A stretch of DNA of 64,000 nt from contig OZ241863.1 of the NCBI GenBank assembly GCA_965203055.1, forward strand, positions 1,728,001-1,792,000. Reading direction: 5' to 3'. Source of the stretch: Spirochaetia bacterium (lineage in GTDB: Bacteria > Spirochaetota > Spirochaetia > SZUA-6 > Bin103). Positions 47,211-59,000 of the stretch are shown piece after piece; positions within the stretch are counted from its first letter, which is position 1, and each line of letters begins with the position of its first letter. A program made the position numbers and the translations under genes. The notes under the pieces are model-generated. The model had not been told where the DNA came from and did not search any database. It worked only from the letters and a program-made list of their open reading frames with translations.

Positions 47211-48743
47211 TTAGGCCTGGTCCTCCTCCGCCACCTCGTAACCCGCCTGCCGGGTGTATGCCGCGACCGCCTCCGACAGGCTCCCGTCAAGTTCGTCGGT
47301 GATCTCCAATTGCGACTCGATGGCGCGCAGCAGGGCCGGTTGCGAGCCGGCGACGTGCCGGATCAGCCCCGCGGCGTAGTCGCCGATGGCGCTGGCCGGC
47401 ACCCGCTTGGCGAAGCCGCGGGTGAGGGCGAAGATTCCGATTACCTGCTGGGCCAGATCCTGCGGCTGGTACTGCGGCTGCTTGAGCAGCTCGGTCAGGC
47501 GCTGCCCGCGCTCCAACTGCGCGCGGGTGGTCGGATCCAGGTCGGAGCCAAACTGGGCGAACGCCGCCAGCGCGTAGTACTGGGCCAGCTCCAGGCGCAA
47601 CTGCCCGGCCACCTGCTTCATCGCCTTGGTCTGGGCGTCGCCGCCGACCCGGGAGACCGACAGGCCGACGTGCACCGCCGGCCGCTGGCCGGCGTTGAAC
47701 AGGTCCTCTTCCAGATAGATCTGGCCGTCGGTGATCGAGATCACGTTGGTGGGAACGTAGGCGCTGACGTCGCCGAGCAGGGTCTCGATGATCGGCAAGG
47801 CGGTGAGCGAGCCGCCGCCGCGTTGCGGGGAGAGCCGCGCCGCCCGCTCCAGCAGCCGCGAGTGCAGGTAGAACACGTCACCGGGATATGCCTCACGCCC
47901 CGGCGGGCGGCGCAGCAGCAGCGAGATCTGGCGGTACGCCCAGGCATGCTTGCTGAGGTCGTCGTAGACCACCAGCACGTCCTTGCCCTGCTCCATGAAG
48001 TATTCGCCGATGGCGCAGCCGGCATAGGGGGCGACGTACTGCTGCGGCGCCGAGGCGGCGGCTCCCGCCACCACCACGACGGTGTGCTCCATGGCGTCGT
48101 ACTCGCGCAGCGTGGCCACCACCTGCGCGACCTGCCCCTGCCGCTGGCCGATCGCCACGTAGACGCAGATCAGGTCCTTGCCCTTCTGGTTGATGATGGT
48201 GTCGACCGCGAGCGCGGTCTTGCCGGTCTGGCGGTCGCCGATGATGAGCTGGCGCTGGCCGCGCCCGATCGGGGTCATCGTATCGATCGCCTTGATCCCG
48301 GTCTGCACCGGGGTGTCGACGTTGACCCGTTCCACCACGCCCGGCGCCACCCGCTCGAGCGGCATGGCCGCGGCCGCGCGAATCGGCCCCTGGCCGTCCA
48401 GCGGGGCGCCGGCGGCGTCTACCACCCGTCCCAGCAGCGCCTCGCTGACCGGAATCGAGGCGATGCGGCCGGTGCCCTTGACCAGCGCGCCCTCTTCGAC
48501 GTGGGTGTAGGCGCCGACGATCACCGCGCCCACCTGATCCGGCTCCAGATTCAGGGCGATGCCCTGCACCGCGCCGGGGAACTCCAGCAGCTCGGTCGCC
48601 ATGACGCCGGACAGACCGCTGACGCGGGCGATGCCGTCTCCGACCGACAGCACCGTGCCCACCTCGCTGGCCTCCAGCGGCGCCTCGAAGCCGTCGATGC
48701 GGCGCCGAATCTCACTGGTAATCCGGTCGAGCTTGAAATCCAT
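47211..48743 (-). CDS. atpA: F1 ATP synthase alpha subunit
   Basis: [35 protein letters not shown]. Confidence 0.98.
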   Translation of the reverse strand: MDFKLDRITSEIRRRIDGFEAPLEASEVGTVLSVGDGIARVSGLSGVMATELLEFPGAVQGIALNLEPDQVGAVIVGAYTHVEEGALVKGTGRIASIPVSEALLGRVVDAAGAPLDGQGPIRAAAAMPLERVAPGVVERVNVDTPVQTGIKAIDTMTPIGRGQRQLIIGDRQTGKTALAVDTIINQKGKDLICVYVAIGQRQGQVAQVVATLREYDAMEHTVVVVAGAAASAPQQYVAPYAGCAIGEYFMEQGKDVLVVYDDLSKHAWAYRQISLLLRRPPGREAYPGDVFYLHSRLLERAARLSPQRGGGSLTALPIIETLLGDVSAYVPTNVISITDGQIYLEEDLFNAGQRPAVHVGLSVSRVGGDAQTKAMKQVAGQLRLELAQYYALAAFAQFGSDLDPTTRAQLERGQRLTELLKQPQYQPQDLAQQVIGIFALTRGFAKRVPASAIGDYAAGLIRHVAGSQPALLRAIESQLEITDELDGSLSEAVAAYTRQAGYEVAEEDQA

Positions 48744-48749
48744 GATCGG

Positions 48750-49268
48750 TCAGTCTCCTCGCACCAGCGCGCTGTCGATCGCCTGCAGCCGGGCCTGCAC
48801 GCTGCCGTCCAGCACCTGGTCTCCGATGCGCACCACCGCGCCGCCCACGATGTCCGCGTCCACCGCGAAGGAGACCTCCAGGTCGGCGCCGCGGTCCTGC
48901 CGCAACGTGCGCACGAAGCGCTGCCGTTCGCCGGCGTCCAGCGCGTAGGCGGTGGTGACGATCGCCATGCGCGCCTGCGGGCCCGCGCTGGCCATCGCCC
49001 CCATCCAGTCGACGATGGCCGGCAACTGCCCCAGGTCGCCGCGTTCCAGCAGCGTGAACAGGAAGTTGCGGCACGCGGCGCCGGCGCCGGCGGGCAGCAG
49101 CTCCTCCAGCCGCCGCCGGCGGGCGCCGAACTCCGCGCTACGGTCGCTGAGCTGCGCGAGCACCTGCGGTTCCCGTTCCAACTGCCCCTGCAGCGCGCGC
49201 AACGCGCTCAACCAGGGCGCGGCCGCGGCCGCGAACGCGGCCAGCGCATAGTTCCGCGCGTCGGTCAC
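48750..49268 (-). CDS. atpH: F1 ATP synthase delta subunit
   Basis: GTGA overlap with atpF; ARNYALA and VDADIVGGAVVRIGDQVLDGSV. Confidence 0.92.
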   Translation of the reverse strand: MTDARNYALAAFAAAAAPWLSALRALQGQLEREPQVLAQLSDRSAEFGARRRRLEELLPAGAGAACRNFLFTLLERGDLGQLPAIVDWMGAMASAGPQARMAIVTTAYALDAGERQRFVRTLRQDRGADLEVSFAVDADIVGGAVVRIGDQVLDGSVQARLQAIDSALVRGD

Positions 49269-49762
49269 CTGCCGCCCTCGCCCAGCTCCCGTACGAACTG
49301 ATCGACCAGCCGCCGCTGGGCGGCCTGATCGAGGGCCGCGCCGATTACCTTGCGGGAGATGGCCAGGGCCAGTTCCGCGGTCTGCCGCTGCAGCTCCGCC
49401 GCCGCCTGCCCGCGCTCCTGCTCGATCTCCTCGCGCGCGCGCTCCTTGATCTCCTCCGCCTCCTGTTCGGCCTTCCGCAGCACCTCGTGGCGTACCTGTT
49501 CCGCCTGCTGCGCCAACCGGGCAGCTTCCTCCTGGGCCGCGCCGCGCGCCTCCTGCAGCTCGCGTTCGAACTTGGCGCGCTGGTCGGCGGCCTCGGCCGC
49601 GGCGCGGTCGGCGGCGTCGAGCCCCTCGGCGATGCGCTGCTTGCGCCCCTCCAGCATCTGCTTGAGCGGCTTGTAGAGCAGCAGGCGCAACAGCACCACC
49701 AGGATCACGAAGTTGACCGCGTAGGCGAGCAACCCGAAGGCCGAGAGGCCGAGAGCTTCCAC
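49265..49762 (-). CDS. atpF: Fo ATP synthase subunit b
   Basis: N-terminal TM helix (VNFVILVVLLRLLLYKP) followed by a coiled coil. Confidence 0.95.
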   Translation of the reverse strand: MEALGLSAFGLLAYAVNFVILVVLLRLLLYKPLKQMLEGRKQRIAEGLDAADRAAAEAADQRAKFERELQEARGAAQEEAARLAQQAEQVRHEVLRKAEQEAEEIKERAREEIEQERGQAAAELQRQTAELALAISRKVIGAALDQAAQRRLVDQFVRELGEGGR

Positions 49763-49777
49763 GGTAAGCCTGGGGAC

Positions 49778-50038
<261 letters not shown>

Positions 50039-50047
50039 CTAGTTGAC

Positions 50048-50068
50048 GCAGGACCGCGGCGGTCCTGC
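50048..50068. promoter_or_regulatory. 10-bp inverted repeat in the atpB-atpE spacer
   Basis: GCAGGACCGC-G-GCGGTCCTGC. Confidence 0.55.
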
Positions 50069-50110
50069 CGAGATGAAGGCGATTGGTGTTGAGCGCCGGC
50101 GCCGTCATGG

Positions 50111-51040
50111 TCAGTGCTCCTCATGCTGCTCGGTGGCCAGGTGGAAGAACGCCAGCGAGAGGATGAAGAACACGAACGCCTGAATCAGGCCGACGAACAT
50201 CTCCAGACCGAAGAACACCACTACCAGCACCAGCGACACCAGACTGCTGATCACGATCAGGATCACTTCTCCGGCGAAGATGTTGCCGAACAGCCGGAAC
50301 GAGAACGACACGATCTTGGTGAGCTCGCTCAGCCCCTCGAACAAGCCGACGAAGATGTCCACCAGGCCCATGGCGATGCCCTTGGTGCGCAGGCTCTTGA
50401 AGCGGAAGAACTGTCCGAGATAGCCCACGCCGCGGCTCCAGAAGCCGAACACCTGGACCATGAACATGGTGATCAGAGCCAACGTCAGGGTGAGGTTGAG
50501 GTCGCTGCTCGGAGCGCGCAGCAGCGGCACGATGACGAACTTGTCGTGCCCGGCGCCGCCGTGCGCTTCATGCTCGGCCAGCACCTGCTCCGCGCTGCCG
50601 CGCAGGAACACGATCTGGTCCGCGCTCAGGGTGCCGTGATCGCTGGCGTGGATCAGCCCGATGCTGCCGAAGGCCGGACCGAGGATCCCGAACCAGTTGC
50701 ATACCAGCAGAAAGATGAAGATGGTGACGCAGATGGGGAAGAAGCGCGGCGCCCAGGTGCGCGTCGCCGTCTGATTCACCAGGTTGTCGAGCGCTTCGAT
50801 CAGCGCCTCGATGGCATTCTGCAGCCCGCCGGGCCGCAACTTCAGATTGCGCCCCACGAAGAACGCGACCAGCAGGATCAAGGCGCTGAGGAGGAACGAA
50901 GTGAGCAGCGCATTGGTAAAGACCGGCCCCAGCCCGATCGGTTCGGCGGCCACCTCGATCGCCGCCCGCGGCACCGGCAGCAGCAGGTTGCCAACCACGA
51001 TCACTGCCAGCGCGAGCAGGATCAGCAGGGCGATCTTCAT
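50111..51040 (-). CDS. atpB: Fo ATP synthase subunit a
   Basis: PGGLQN, RAPSSDLN, SFSFRLFGNIFAGE, IQAFVF. Confidence 0.96.
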   Translation of the reverse strand: MKIALLILLALAVIVVGNLLLPVPRAAIEVAAEPIGLGPVFTNALLTSFLLSALILLVAFFVGRNLKLRPGGLQNAIEALIEALDNLVNQTATRTWAPRFFPICVTIFIFLLVCNWFGILGPAFGSIGLIHASDHGTLSADQIVFLRGSAEQVLAEHEAHGGAGHDKFVIVPLLRAPSSDLNLTLTLALITMFMVQVFGFWSRGVGYLGQFFRFKSLRTKGIAMGLVDIFVGLFEGLSELTKIVSFSFRLFGNIFAGEVILIVISSLVSLVLVVVFFGLEMFVGLIQAFVFFILSLAFFHLATEQHEEH

Positions 51041-51046
51041 CGGCCG

Positions 51047-51577
51047 CTACGATTCGTCCGCGGCGGCGGCCGCTTCCCCGGCCGGCGCCGCCCCGTCAGC
51101 CGGCGCCGCGGCGGCTGGCGCGGCCGCGGGCTCCTCCGCCGGCGGCGCGGCGTTCTCCGCCGCGGCGGCGGGCGCGGGCGCTTCCCCCGCCGGATCCGCG
51201 CCGGCGGCGGTCGCGGCCGCCGCGGCCGGCGCAACCTGTTCCTCGGTCAGGAGTTCGGGCGGCGGCGCCTCCACCCACCAGTCGGAGCGCTCGATGCCGA
51301 GCAGGCGCTCGGCGCGGGCGCGGCCAATGACGTTGCCGGCTTCCGGGGTACGGTTGATCCAGGCCAGGGCGAAGGCCGCTACCAGGAAGATGATCGCCAG
51401 TACGGTGGTGAGCCGGGTCAGCACGTTGCCGGTGCGCGCCCCGAACGGGGTGCCGCTGCCGCCGCCGAACATGGCGCCGATGCCGCCGCCCTGATCGTCC
51501 TGGATCAAAACGACGGCCATCAACAACAGCGCGCTGACGACGAATACCACGAGGATGAGAACGGAAATTACTGCCAT
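51047..51577 (-). CDS. secG: Preprotein translocase subunit SecG with Ala/Pro/Glu tail
   Basis: VLIQDDQGGGIGAMFGGG...NVLTRLTTVLAIIF, downstream of tpiA. Confidence 0.93.
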   Translation of the reverse strand: MAVISVLILVVFVVSALLLMAVVLIQDDQGGGIGAMFGGGSGTPFGARTGNVLTRLTTVLAIIFLVAAFALAWINRTPEAGNVIGRARAERLLGIERSDWWVEAPPPELLTEEQVAPAAAAATAAGADPAGEAPAPAAAAENAAPPAEEPAAAPAAAAPADGAAPAGEAAAAADES

Positions 51578-51621
51578 GCCGTGACGGCGCCGCGGCGGCA
51601 GGCGCTACGGTGCCGATGCCA

Positions 51622-51651
51622 ACTATACCAACGCGCCGCTAGTCGAATCAA
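51622..51651 (-). promoter_or_regulatory. Candidate promoter for secG-atp transcript
   Basis: Minus strand reads TTGATT-N18-TATAGT with TGn extension. Confidence 0.6.
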
Positions 51652-52433
51652 TCGCCGGAAGCCGGCGCCGTGAGCGCGGCCGCGACGATGCGCGCGAAGC
51701 TGGCCGCGGCGAGCGAGGCGCCACCCACCAGCAGGCCGTCGACGCCGTCGCAGGCGAGCAGCGCGGCGGCGTTGTCCGGCTTTACCGAGCCGCCGTACTG
51801 GATCACCAGGTCTTGCGCCGCGGCGGCGCCGGCCAGCTCGGCCACCACCGCGCGCGCCGCGCGGTGCATCTCGCCGGCGTCCGCCGGCGTGGCGGTGCGC
51901 CCGGTGCCGATCGCCCACACCGGCTCGTAGGCGACGGTGACGCGCCGCAGTGCCCCGGCGCCGCGCCCGGCCAGCGCCGCGCGGAGCTGGCGCCCGACGA
52001 CCTCCTCGGCGGCGCCCGCTTCCCGTTCCGCCAGGGTCTCGCCGACGCACAGCACCACTTCCAGGCCGGCCGCCAGCGCCGCGGTTACCTTGCGCGCAAT
52101 CAGCGCGTCGTCCTCGCCGTACACGTGCCGGCGCTCGGAGTGGCCCACGATTACCAGGCCCACGCCCAGCGCTTGCAGCATGGCGCAGGAGATCTCCCCG
52201 GTATGCGCGCCGGCCGCTTCCGGGTTCACGTTCTGCGCTCCCAGCTCCACCGCGCTGCGGCGCAGCACCTCGCCTACCACGGCCAGCGCCGTGAACGGCG
52301 GCGCCACCATGACTCGCGCCGGCGGCGCTGCCAGCCACCCCGCCACCTCGGACGCCAGCGCGGCCGCTTCGAGGTGGGTGCCGTGCATCTTCCAGTTGCC
52401 GGCTATGAACGGCTTCTTGCGCTTGGTATTCAT
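51648..52433 (-). CDS. tpiA: Triosephosphate isomerase
   Basis: AGNWKM, GHSERR, AYEPVWAIGTG, YGGSVK, LVGGASL. Confidence 0.98.
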   Translation of the reverse strand: MNTKRKKPFIAGNWKMHGTHLEAAALASEVAGWLAAPPARVMVAPPFTALAVVGEVLRRSAVELGAQNVNPEAAGAHTGEISCAMLQALGVGLVIVGHSERRHVYGEDDALIARKVTAALAAGLEVVLCVGETLAEREAGAAEEVVGRQLRAALAGRGAGALRRVTVAYEPVWAIGTGRTATPADAGEMHRAARAVVAELAGAAAAQDLVIQYGGSVKPDNAAALLACDGVDGLLVGGASLAAASFARIVAAALTAPASGD

Positions 52434-53620
52434 GACTCCTCCTGCAGCGCGGCCACGCCGGGCAGCGCGCGCCCTTCGAGCAGCTCCAGCGACGCGCCGC
52501 CCCCGGTCGAGACGTGGGTGATGCGGCCGGCCACCCCGGCCGCGTTGATCGCCGCCAGCGAATCGCCGCCGCCCACCACGGTGGTTCCCGGGCACTCCGC
52601 CACCGCCTGAGCCACGGCATGGGTGCCGGCGGCGAACGGGGCCAGTTCGCAGATCCCCATCGGCCCGTTCCACATTACGGTGCGCGCCGCGGCGATGCGC
52701 GCCTCAAACAGCGCCCTGGTGCGCGGGCCGATGTCCACCCCGACGGCGCCGCCGGGAATCGCCGCATGCGGCGTGACGGCGTGCGCCGCGGCGGCGCTGA
52801 CGGCCGCGGCCGCCACGTGGTCGCAGGGCAGCGCCAGCTCCACCCCGAGCTCGCCGGCGCGGCGCAGCAGCTCGCCGGCCGCGGCCACCAGGTCCGGCTC
52901 CACCAGCGAGCCGCCGACCGCGACCCCGCGCGCCTGCAGGAAGGTGTAGGCCATTCCCCCGCCGATCAGCAGCGAGTCCACCTTGGGCAGCAGGTGGTCG
53001 AGGACCGCGGCCTTGGAGGAAACCTTGGCGCCGCCGACCAGCGCCACGAACGGGCGCGCGGGCGCGGCGAGCAGTTGCGTCAGCACGGCAACCTCGCGCT
53101 CCATGAGCAGCCCGGCGGCGGCCGGCAGATGGCGCGCCACCAGGGCGGTCGAGGCGTGGGCGCGATGGGCGGCGCCGAACGCGTCGTTCACGTAGGCGCC
53201 GCCCAGGGCGGCCAGACGGCGCGCGAACGCGGCGTCGCCGGCCTCCTCCTCGGGATGGAACCGCAGGTTCTCGAGCAGCAGCACGCCGCCCGGCGGCAGT
53301 TCGGCCGCCAGCCGCTCCACCTCGGGACCGACGCAGTCGGGGGCCATCGTTACCGGGCGCCCGAGCAGCGCGCCGAGACAGGCGGCGACCGGCGCCAGGC
53401 TCAGCGCCGCGCGGGGTCTGCCCTTGGGCCGGCCCAGATGGCTCATCAACACCACGCTGGCCCCCGGCTGGTCGAGAATGGCGCGCAGCGTGGGGAGCGC
53501 CGCCCGGATGCGCGTATCGTCCGACACCGCCCCCTCCGCGAGCGGCACGTTGAAGTCGACGCGCAGCAGCACGCGCCGGCCGGCCAGGGCAAGATCGGTC
53601 AGCGCAGGCACCCGCGGCAC
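52430..53620 (-). CDS. pgk: Phosphoglycerate kinase
   Basis: RVDFNVP, SHLGRP, LLENLRF, NDAFGAAHR, HVSTGGGASL. Confidence 0.98.
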   Translation of the reverse strand: MPRVPALTDLALAGRRVLLRVDFNVPLAEGAVSDDTRIRAALPTLRAILDQPGASVVLMSHLGRPKGRPRAALSLAPVAACLGALLGRPVTMAPDCVGPEVERLAAELPPGGVLLLENLRFHPEEEAGDAAFARRLAALGGAYVNDAFGAAHRAHASTALVARHLPAAAGLLMEREVAVLTQLLAAPARPFVALVGGAKVSSKAAVLDHLLPKVDSLLIGGGMAYTFLQARGVAVGGSLVEPDLVAAAGELLRRAGELGVELALPCDHVAAAAVSAAAAHAVTPHAAIPGGAVGVDIGPRTRALFEARIAAARTVMWNGPMGICELAPFAAGTHAVAQAVAECPGTTVVGGGDSLAAINAAGVAGRITHVSTGGGASLELLEGRALPGVAALQEES

Positions 53621-53622
53621 CG

Positions 53623-54447
53623 CTAACCCTCCTCCCCGGCGCTGCCGCCGCTGCCGGCGCCCGCGGCAGCGCCGCGGCGGACCACGATCTTGACGCTGGT
53701 GACGCGGTTCCCCTCCATCTGCTGGATGACGAAGTCGGCCATGCCGTAGCTCTCCTTCTCGTACTTCACCGGAATCTTGCCGAACAGATCGAATACGAAG
53801 CCGCCAAGGGTTTCGAAATCGTCCGCCGGCAGGTCGAACTCCGAGTATTCGTTCAGTTCATCGAGGCCCACGCGCGCGTCGCAGAGGTAGATGCCCTCGG
53901 CGATCTTCTGGATCTCGTCGGCCTCGTCGTCGAATTCGTCCTGGATGTCGCCGACGATCTGTTCGATCACGTCTTCGAGGCAGACGATGCCGGAGGTGCC
54001 GCCGTACTCGTCCACGATCACGGCGATGTGCACGTGGCGAAGCTGGAATTCACGCAGCAGTTCATCGACCTTCTTGCTCTCCGGAACGAAGTAGGGACGG
54101 CGCATGATGCGCTCCAGTTCCGGCTCCTGCGCGGCGCCGTTGGCGGCGGCCGACGCCTGCGAGCGCAACAGGTCCTTGGCGTAGACCACCCCTACGATGT
54201 TGTCCATGTTCTGGTGGTAGACCGGCAGCCGCGAATGGCCGCTGGCGGCCACCTGTTCCACCAGCGTCTCGGCGGGCGTGTCCAATGGCACCGAAATCAC
54301 GTCGGGCCGCGGCACCATGATCTCCTTCACCGTGCTGCGGGACAGCTCGACGACGCCCTGGATCATCTCCCTGGCGGCGCCGTCGAGTCTGGCTAGGTCG
54401 TCCTCGTCCGAATCCGCTCGGCCGAGCAGCTTCTCCAGGAACCCCAT
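53623..54447 (-). CDS. CorC/HlyC-family CBS-domain protein
   Basis: VKEIMVPRPD, SGHSRLPV, IVDEYGGTSG, EDVIEQIVGDIQDEFD, FETLGG. Confidence 0.92.
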   Translation of the reverse strand: MGFLEKLLGRADSDEDDLARLDGAAREMIQGVVELSRSTVKEIMVPRPDVISVPLDTPAETLVEQVAASGHSRLPVYHQNMDNIVGVVYAKDLLRSQASAAANGAAQEPELERIMRRPYFVPESKKVDELLREFQLRHVHIAVIVDEYGGTSGIVCLEDVIEQIVGDIQDEFDDEADEIQKIAEGIYLCDARVGLDELNEYSEFDLPADDFETLGGFVFDLFGKIPVKYEKESYGMADFVIQQMEGNRVTSVKIVVRRGAAAGAGSGGSAGEEG

Positions 54448-54448
54448 T

Positions 54449-54955
54449 TCATTCCTCCCCAGCGGCGGGCTGCAGGTCGGCCAGCAGCTGTTCCTGTAAC
54501 GATAGCATGGGCTCATCTTCAGCGGGCGGGTCGGCGTGGTCCATGCCGCGCAGGTGCAGCACGCCATGCAGCAGCAGCCGGCGCAGCTCGCGCTCCGGCG
54601 CCTCGCCGCGCGCCGCCGCCTGCCGCGCCGCGACGTCCACGGCAATGACGACGTCGCCGGCCGCGGCCTGCGCCGCCGCGCCGCCGGCTCCGGGCGGCGC
54701 GGCGCCCTCGAGCTGGCCGAACGACAGCACGTCGGTGGGCGCGTCGACGCCGCGGTAGCGGCGGTTGAGGCCGCGCATCGCGGCGCCGTCGCAGAGCAGC
54801 ACCGACACCTCCACCGGCCAGCGCAGGCGCTCGAGCGCGCGGTTCCCGAATCGCTCCAGCGCCGCGCGCAGGCGCTCCGACCCGGGCGCCGCCGGGCGCC
54901 CGGCGCCGTTCCAGCGCACCTCGACGCGCGCCGGCGCCGGCCCCGAGGCCGTCAT
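54449..54955 (-). CDS. ybeY: Endoribonuclease YbeY
   Basis: LNRRYRG..PTDVLSF and HGVLHLRGMDH zinc motif. Confidence 0.95.
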   Translation of the reverse strand: MTASGPAPARVEVRWNGAGRPAAPGSERLRAALERFGNRALERLRWPVEVSVLLCDGAAMRGLNRRYRGVDAPTDVLSFGQLEGAAPPGAGGAAAQAAAGDVVIAVDVAARQAAARGEAPERELRRLLLHGVLHLRGMDHADPPAEDEPMLSLQEQLLADLQPAAGEE

Positions 54956-55911
54956 GACGCGCCGCGCGGCTGCTCGGCCGCCTCGTAGGCCTGCACGATC
55001 TTGCGCACCAGCACGCTGCGTACGACGTCTTCCTGTCCCAGGTGCACGAAGCAGATCTCCTGCACCGGTGACAACACCGACATGATGTGGATCAGACCGG
55101 AATCCTGGCGGCGCGGCAGGTCGATCTGGGTGATGTCGCCGGTGATCACCGCCCGGCTGCCCTCGCCGAGGCGGGTGAGGAACATCTTCATCTGCTCGCG
55201 GGTGGTGTTCTGCGCCTCGTCCAGGATGACGTAGCTGTCGGCCAGCGTGCGCCCGCGCATGTAGGCCAGGGGAGCCACTTCGATGACCCGCGTCTCCTCC
55301 ATGCGCCGCACCGTGTCGCTTGCGACCAGCGCGTCCATCGCATCGTACAGCGGGCGCAGATAGGGGTCCACCTTCTGCGCCAGGTCGCCGGGCAGGAAGC
55401 CGAGACTCTCCCCCGCCTCCACCACCGGCCGGGTGACCACCAGGCGGCGCTTGCGGCGGGCGAGCACGGCCTGCAGCGCCGCGGCCACCGCCAGAAAGGT
55501 CTTGCCGGTGCCCGCCGGGCCGATCGCGACCACCAGCTCGCGGCGGGTCAACGCGTGCAGGTAGCGCCGCTGCCGGTCGCTACGGGCATAGATGCGGTTG
55601 CGGCCGCCGGGGATCAGGACCGGGGCATCGTCGACGGCGTCCGCCGCCGCCGGTCCGGTCACCGCGGCATGCGCCGCGGCGATGGCGAACCGATCCATGG
55701 CGCGCCCGGCGCCGGCCTGCTCGCGCAGCCAGTCGAGCATGGCGGCAAAGCGCCGCCGTTGGTCCGCATCCCCGGTGTCCAGCAGCAATTCGTTGCCGCG
55801 GCTGCGCACCGGTACCCCGAACAGTTCCTCGAACGCGCGCAGATTGGCGTCGTTGGGGCCGCACAGTTCGCGCAGAAAGCCGAGATTGGTGACGGCTACC
55901 GCCAAGGGCAA
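54952..55911 (-). CDS. phoH: PhoH-family ATPase
   Basis: GPAGTGKT, RPVVEAGESLGFLPGD, AYMRGRT, DEAQN, GDITQIDLP. Confidence 0.95.
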   Translation of the reverse strand: MPLAVAVTNLGFLRELCGPNDANLRAFEELFGVPVRSRGNELLLDTGDADQRRRFAAMLDWLREQAGAGRAMDRFAIAAAHAAVTGPAAADAVDDAPVLIPGGRNRIYARSDRQRRYLHALTRRELVVAIGPAGTGKTFLAVAAALQAVLARRKRRLVVTRPVVEAGESLGFLPGDLAQKVDPYLRPLYDAMDALVASDTVRRMEETRVIEVAPLAYMRGRTLADSYVILDEAQNTTREQMKMFLTRLGEGSRAVITGDITQIDLPRRQDSGLIHIMSVLSPVQEICFVHLGQEDVVRSVLVRKIVQAYEAAEQPRGAS

Positions 55912-56052
55912 GCGCCGTCAGCCGCCCGACCGCTCACGGGAAGGGGGGTGCTGGGTAGACGTGAACGCCGATAACAGTGAACGGCAGCGTGCGCGATCGA
56001 CGCCGAACTGTCAACTGGCCGCAACGCGCCGGAAACGCGCCGGACAACCAGC

Positions 56053-59000
56053 TCATTCGTTGATCGAAAACGACTCGTCGTCGGCCTGCAGGCGGCTGCG
56101 AATCTCCGGCAACGGCAGCCACTGCACCACGATCGAGAACTCGGAGGACAGTTCCTCGCGCCCCTCCTTCTGCTGCGGGCGCGCCGTATACGCCACCGTC
56201 AGGTCCCAATCCTGCAGATGGTGGACCGCGCTCACGCTCACCTGTTCGAGCTTGAACCCGGACCCGCGGCGCAGCTCCGGGTTCCAGAAGGCAAACGACT
56301 CCCACAGATCCTGGAGCGGATTGAGCGGCTCCACCCCCTCCTCCCGCGCCCAATCGGGCAGGTAGCGGTAGGTGCGGTCGTTGCGCGACGAGACGCTGAA
56401 CGTCAGGTCGAGGAACTCGTGCACCTTGGCGGTAAGGTCGGTGCCGAAGGTGAATCGATTGTTCCGCGGCTCCCGGAAGCTGATCGTCCAGCCGGCCCGC
56501 GTCGCCAGCTCCAGTCGCACCCGGTTGCGCCATAGATAGGCGGGCCCATGGGTCTCGTCATAGCCGAGGCGCAATTGCCGCAGACTGAGCGGCTCGTCTG
56601 CGCCGCGTCCCAGGATCAGCGCTGCGCTGAAGCCGCCCAGCCCCAGCGAGCTGACGCTGCGCGTGACGCGCGCCGCCGGATCCAGCTCGATGCTGAACTG
56701 CTGCTGCAGCGACAATGGTTCCAAGGGCGTCACCCCGGCGCTGAGCTCGAGCGGACGTGGCTTCCAGTCGCCACATTCCAACAGCGTCGATTCTTCGGGG
56801 TCGTCGCGGCAGCGGAACCCGGTGCTCGCGCTGGCGGTAAGGCGGGCGGCGTTCAGCGCCAGGCTGGCGCTCAGATCGTGCGGCAGAGGCGGCAGATCGG
56901 CGCTCAGCGTAAGGCGCTGCGGGTGGTCCGCCACCTGCACTTCGGCCAGCGTCTGCAAGCGGTGGCTGGTCACCGCGTCGACGTCCCAGCCGCCCCATTC
57001 GGTGCGCAGCCGCCGGCCCAAGTCATCGTTGGGATCCTTGGGATAGTCGAGGCGCAGCAGGCGCAGACCGAGGTCGTAGGTCACCGCCGAGGCTTCCCAG
57101 GCCGGCGCCCCGCGCAGCGGCCGCAGCGAGACCTGATTGCTCAGGCTGACGGTGCTGGCGAACTGCCCCAGGGCCTCGTCGAGCAACCGCTCCCGTTCGT
57201 CGTCCGGCAGCGAGTCGGCGGTATGCAGCAGGTACTGCGTGACGACGTGGTGGCGCAGGCTGTTGTCGAGCCCCACTACCCCGCCGAACAGCTCGGCGTG
57301 ATGCTCCAGCAGCGCGGTGTTGGTCAGTTGCACGGTGGCGTGGCGCAGCGCGTCGTCCACCTCCGCGGCGGTGTTCCAGTCGTCGTGGTCGTGGGTGCCT
57401 TCCACGGTGGCGCCGGGGCGCAGCTCGTAGCGCAGCCGCGCCCCGTCGCCGGCGCGCCGCGCCGGCAGCAGGGACGGCTGCTGCGGCAGGGCCTCCGGTT
57501 CGCGCAACCGCGCGCGGCGCGCCCCGCCGGCGGCCGGCTCCTCCTCCTCCGCCGCCGGCGCGGGATCGGTCCCGGCCGCGCCGGTTCGCGGGCGCAATCC
57601 GCCGCCGGGCAGATCGGGCGCGGGTTCCGGTTCCGGCGCCGTCTGCGGCGCCGCGGGGCGCTGCCACAACGTGCCTCCGAGCTGCGCCAGCAGCGGCAGG
57701 CGGAGGGTCGCGGGATAGAAGAATTCGCGCGTCGGATCGTCTGCCGGCAGCGCTGCGGGAGGCGGGTCCGATTTCTTGCTGCGCCACAGCCAATGCACGC
57801 CCACGTTCTGCAGGTGAAGCTGATCGAGCGCGGGCGCGGCGCCGCCGGCGAGCAACGGCGCGAAGTCGGCGTTGGCGTCGAGCTCCCAGATCAGGTTGGA
57901 ACGGCGCGCCGGCTCCTCCTCCTCGCCGGCGCCGCCGAATCCGATCAGCGACGGCCAGTCGAAGCGCTCCTCGCGGTTGCCGAAGTCGCTCAGGAAGTCG
58001 GGGTCGGAGAACAGTTCCAGACGGCCGTTCAGCGAACCGGCGGGAAACGCCAGGCGGCCGGCCAGTTCCGCCCCGTAGCGCAGCGGGACCGTTACCCCGA
58101 ACAGGGAGGAATCATGCCACCGGGAGCGCCCGGCGGGGTCGGCGGGGTCGGAGGCCAGGTATCCGCCGTCGCCGGGGAGCTCCCAGATGCCGCGCGAACG
58201 CGCCACCGCGGCCTGAAACTCCACCGCGCCGTCCCCGGCCAGCGGCAACACCCCGGCGACGCCGGTGAACAGGCCGAGGCGCGCGTACAGGTCCAGCATC
58301 AGCTTCAGGTAGTGGTCGTCGGGCGGCGCTTCGCCCGCCACCTTGCGCAGGAACAGGCCGCGCACCTCCTCCCGATACTGCCCCGGATCGGTCAGGCTCA
58401 GCACCGACAGCGGTTCCTCGTCCGGGGGGCGGCGGCCGATCAGGTACAAGGTGGTATTCAGAAACAACCCCTCCCGGTCTCTCACCCCCAGCGCGGGATG
58501 GAACACCAGCTCGTCGCCGGGCAGGAAGAAGAACGGCAGATAGAGCACCGGCACCTCACCCACGAACAAGGTGGCCCGCTCCAGCGCCCACTCGCCCGGG
58601 GCCAGCAGCCACATGCGGTGGGCGCGCAGCTCGTAGTTGGGCAGGCTCGGATCAGGGCTGGAGGTCACCCGCGCCCCATCCAGGATGATGGTGCCGTCGC
58701 CGAGGCGGGTAATCGTGTCGCCGGCGAAGCTGAACACCAGCGGGCCGGCCGCGCCCTGGCGCCGGTGGCGGGTGAAGCCGTCCACGAACACCACCTTGGA
58801 GGAGGCCAGGTCGAACGCCATGCTCGCCGCGCTCACCTCCTGCGGCTCGCCGCCGGCGGCGGACACCCGATACTCGACGCCGCCGCGCGCGGAGAGCAGT
58901 TCCTCCACCTGTTGATAGATCACTTCGTCGGCGCGGATCAGGTGCTCGGTGTCATCCTCCGCCTCCCGTACGGCCAGTTCCACGCCGCCGCGCAGGACGA

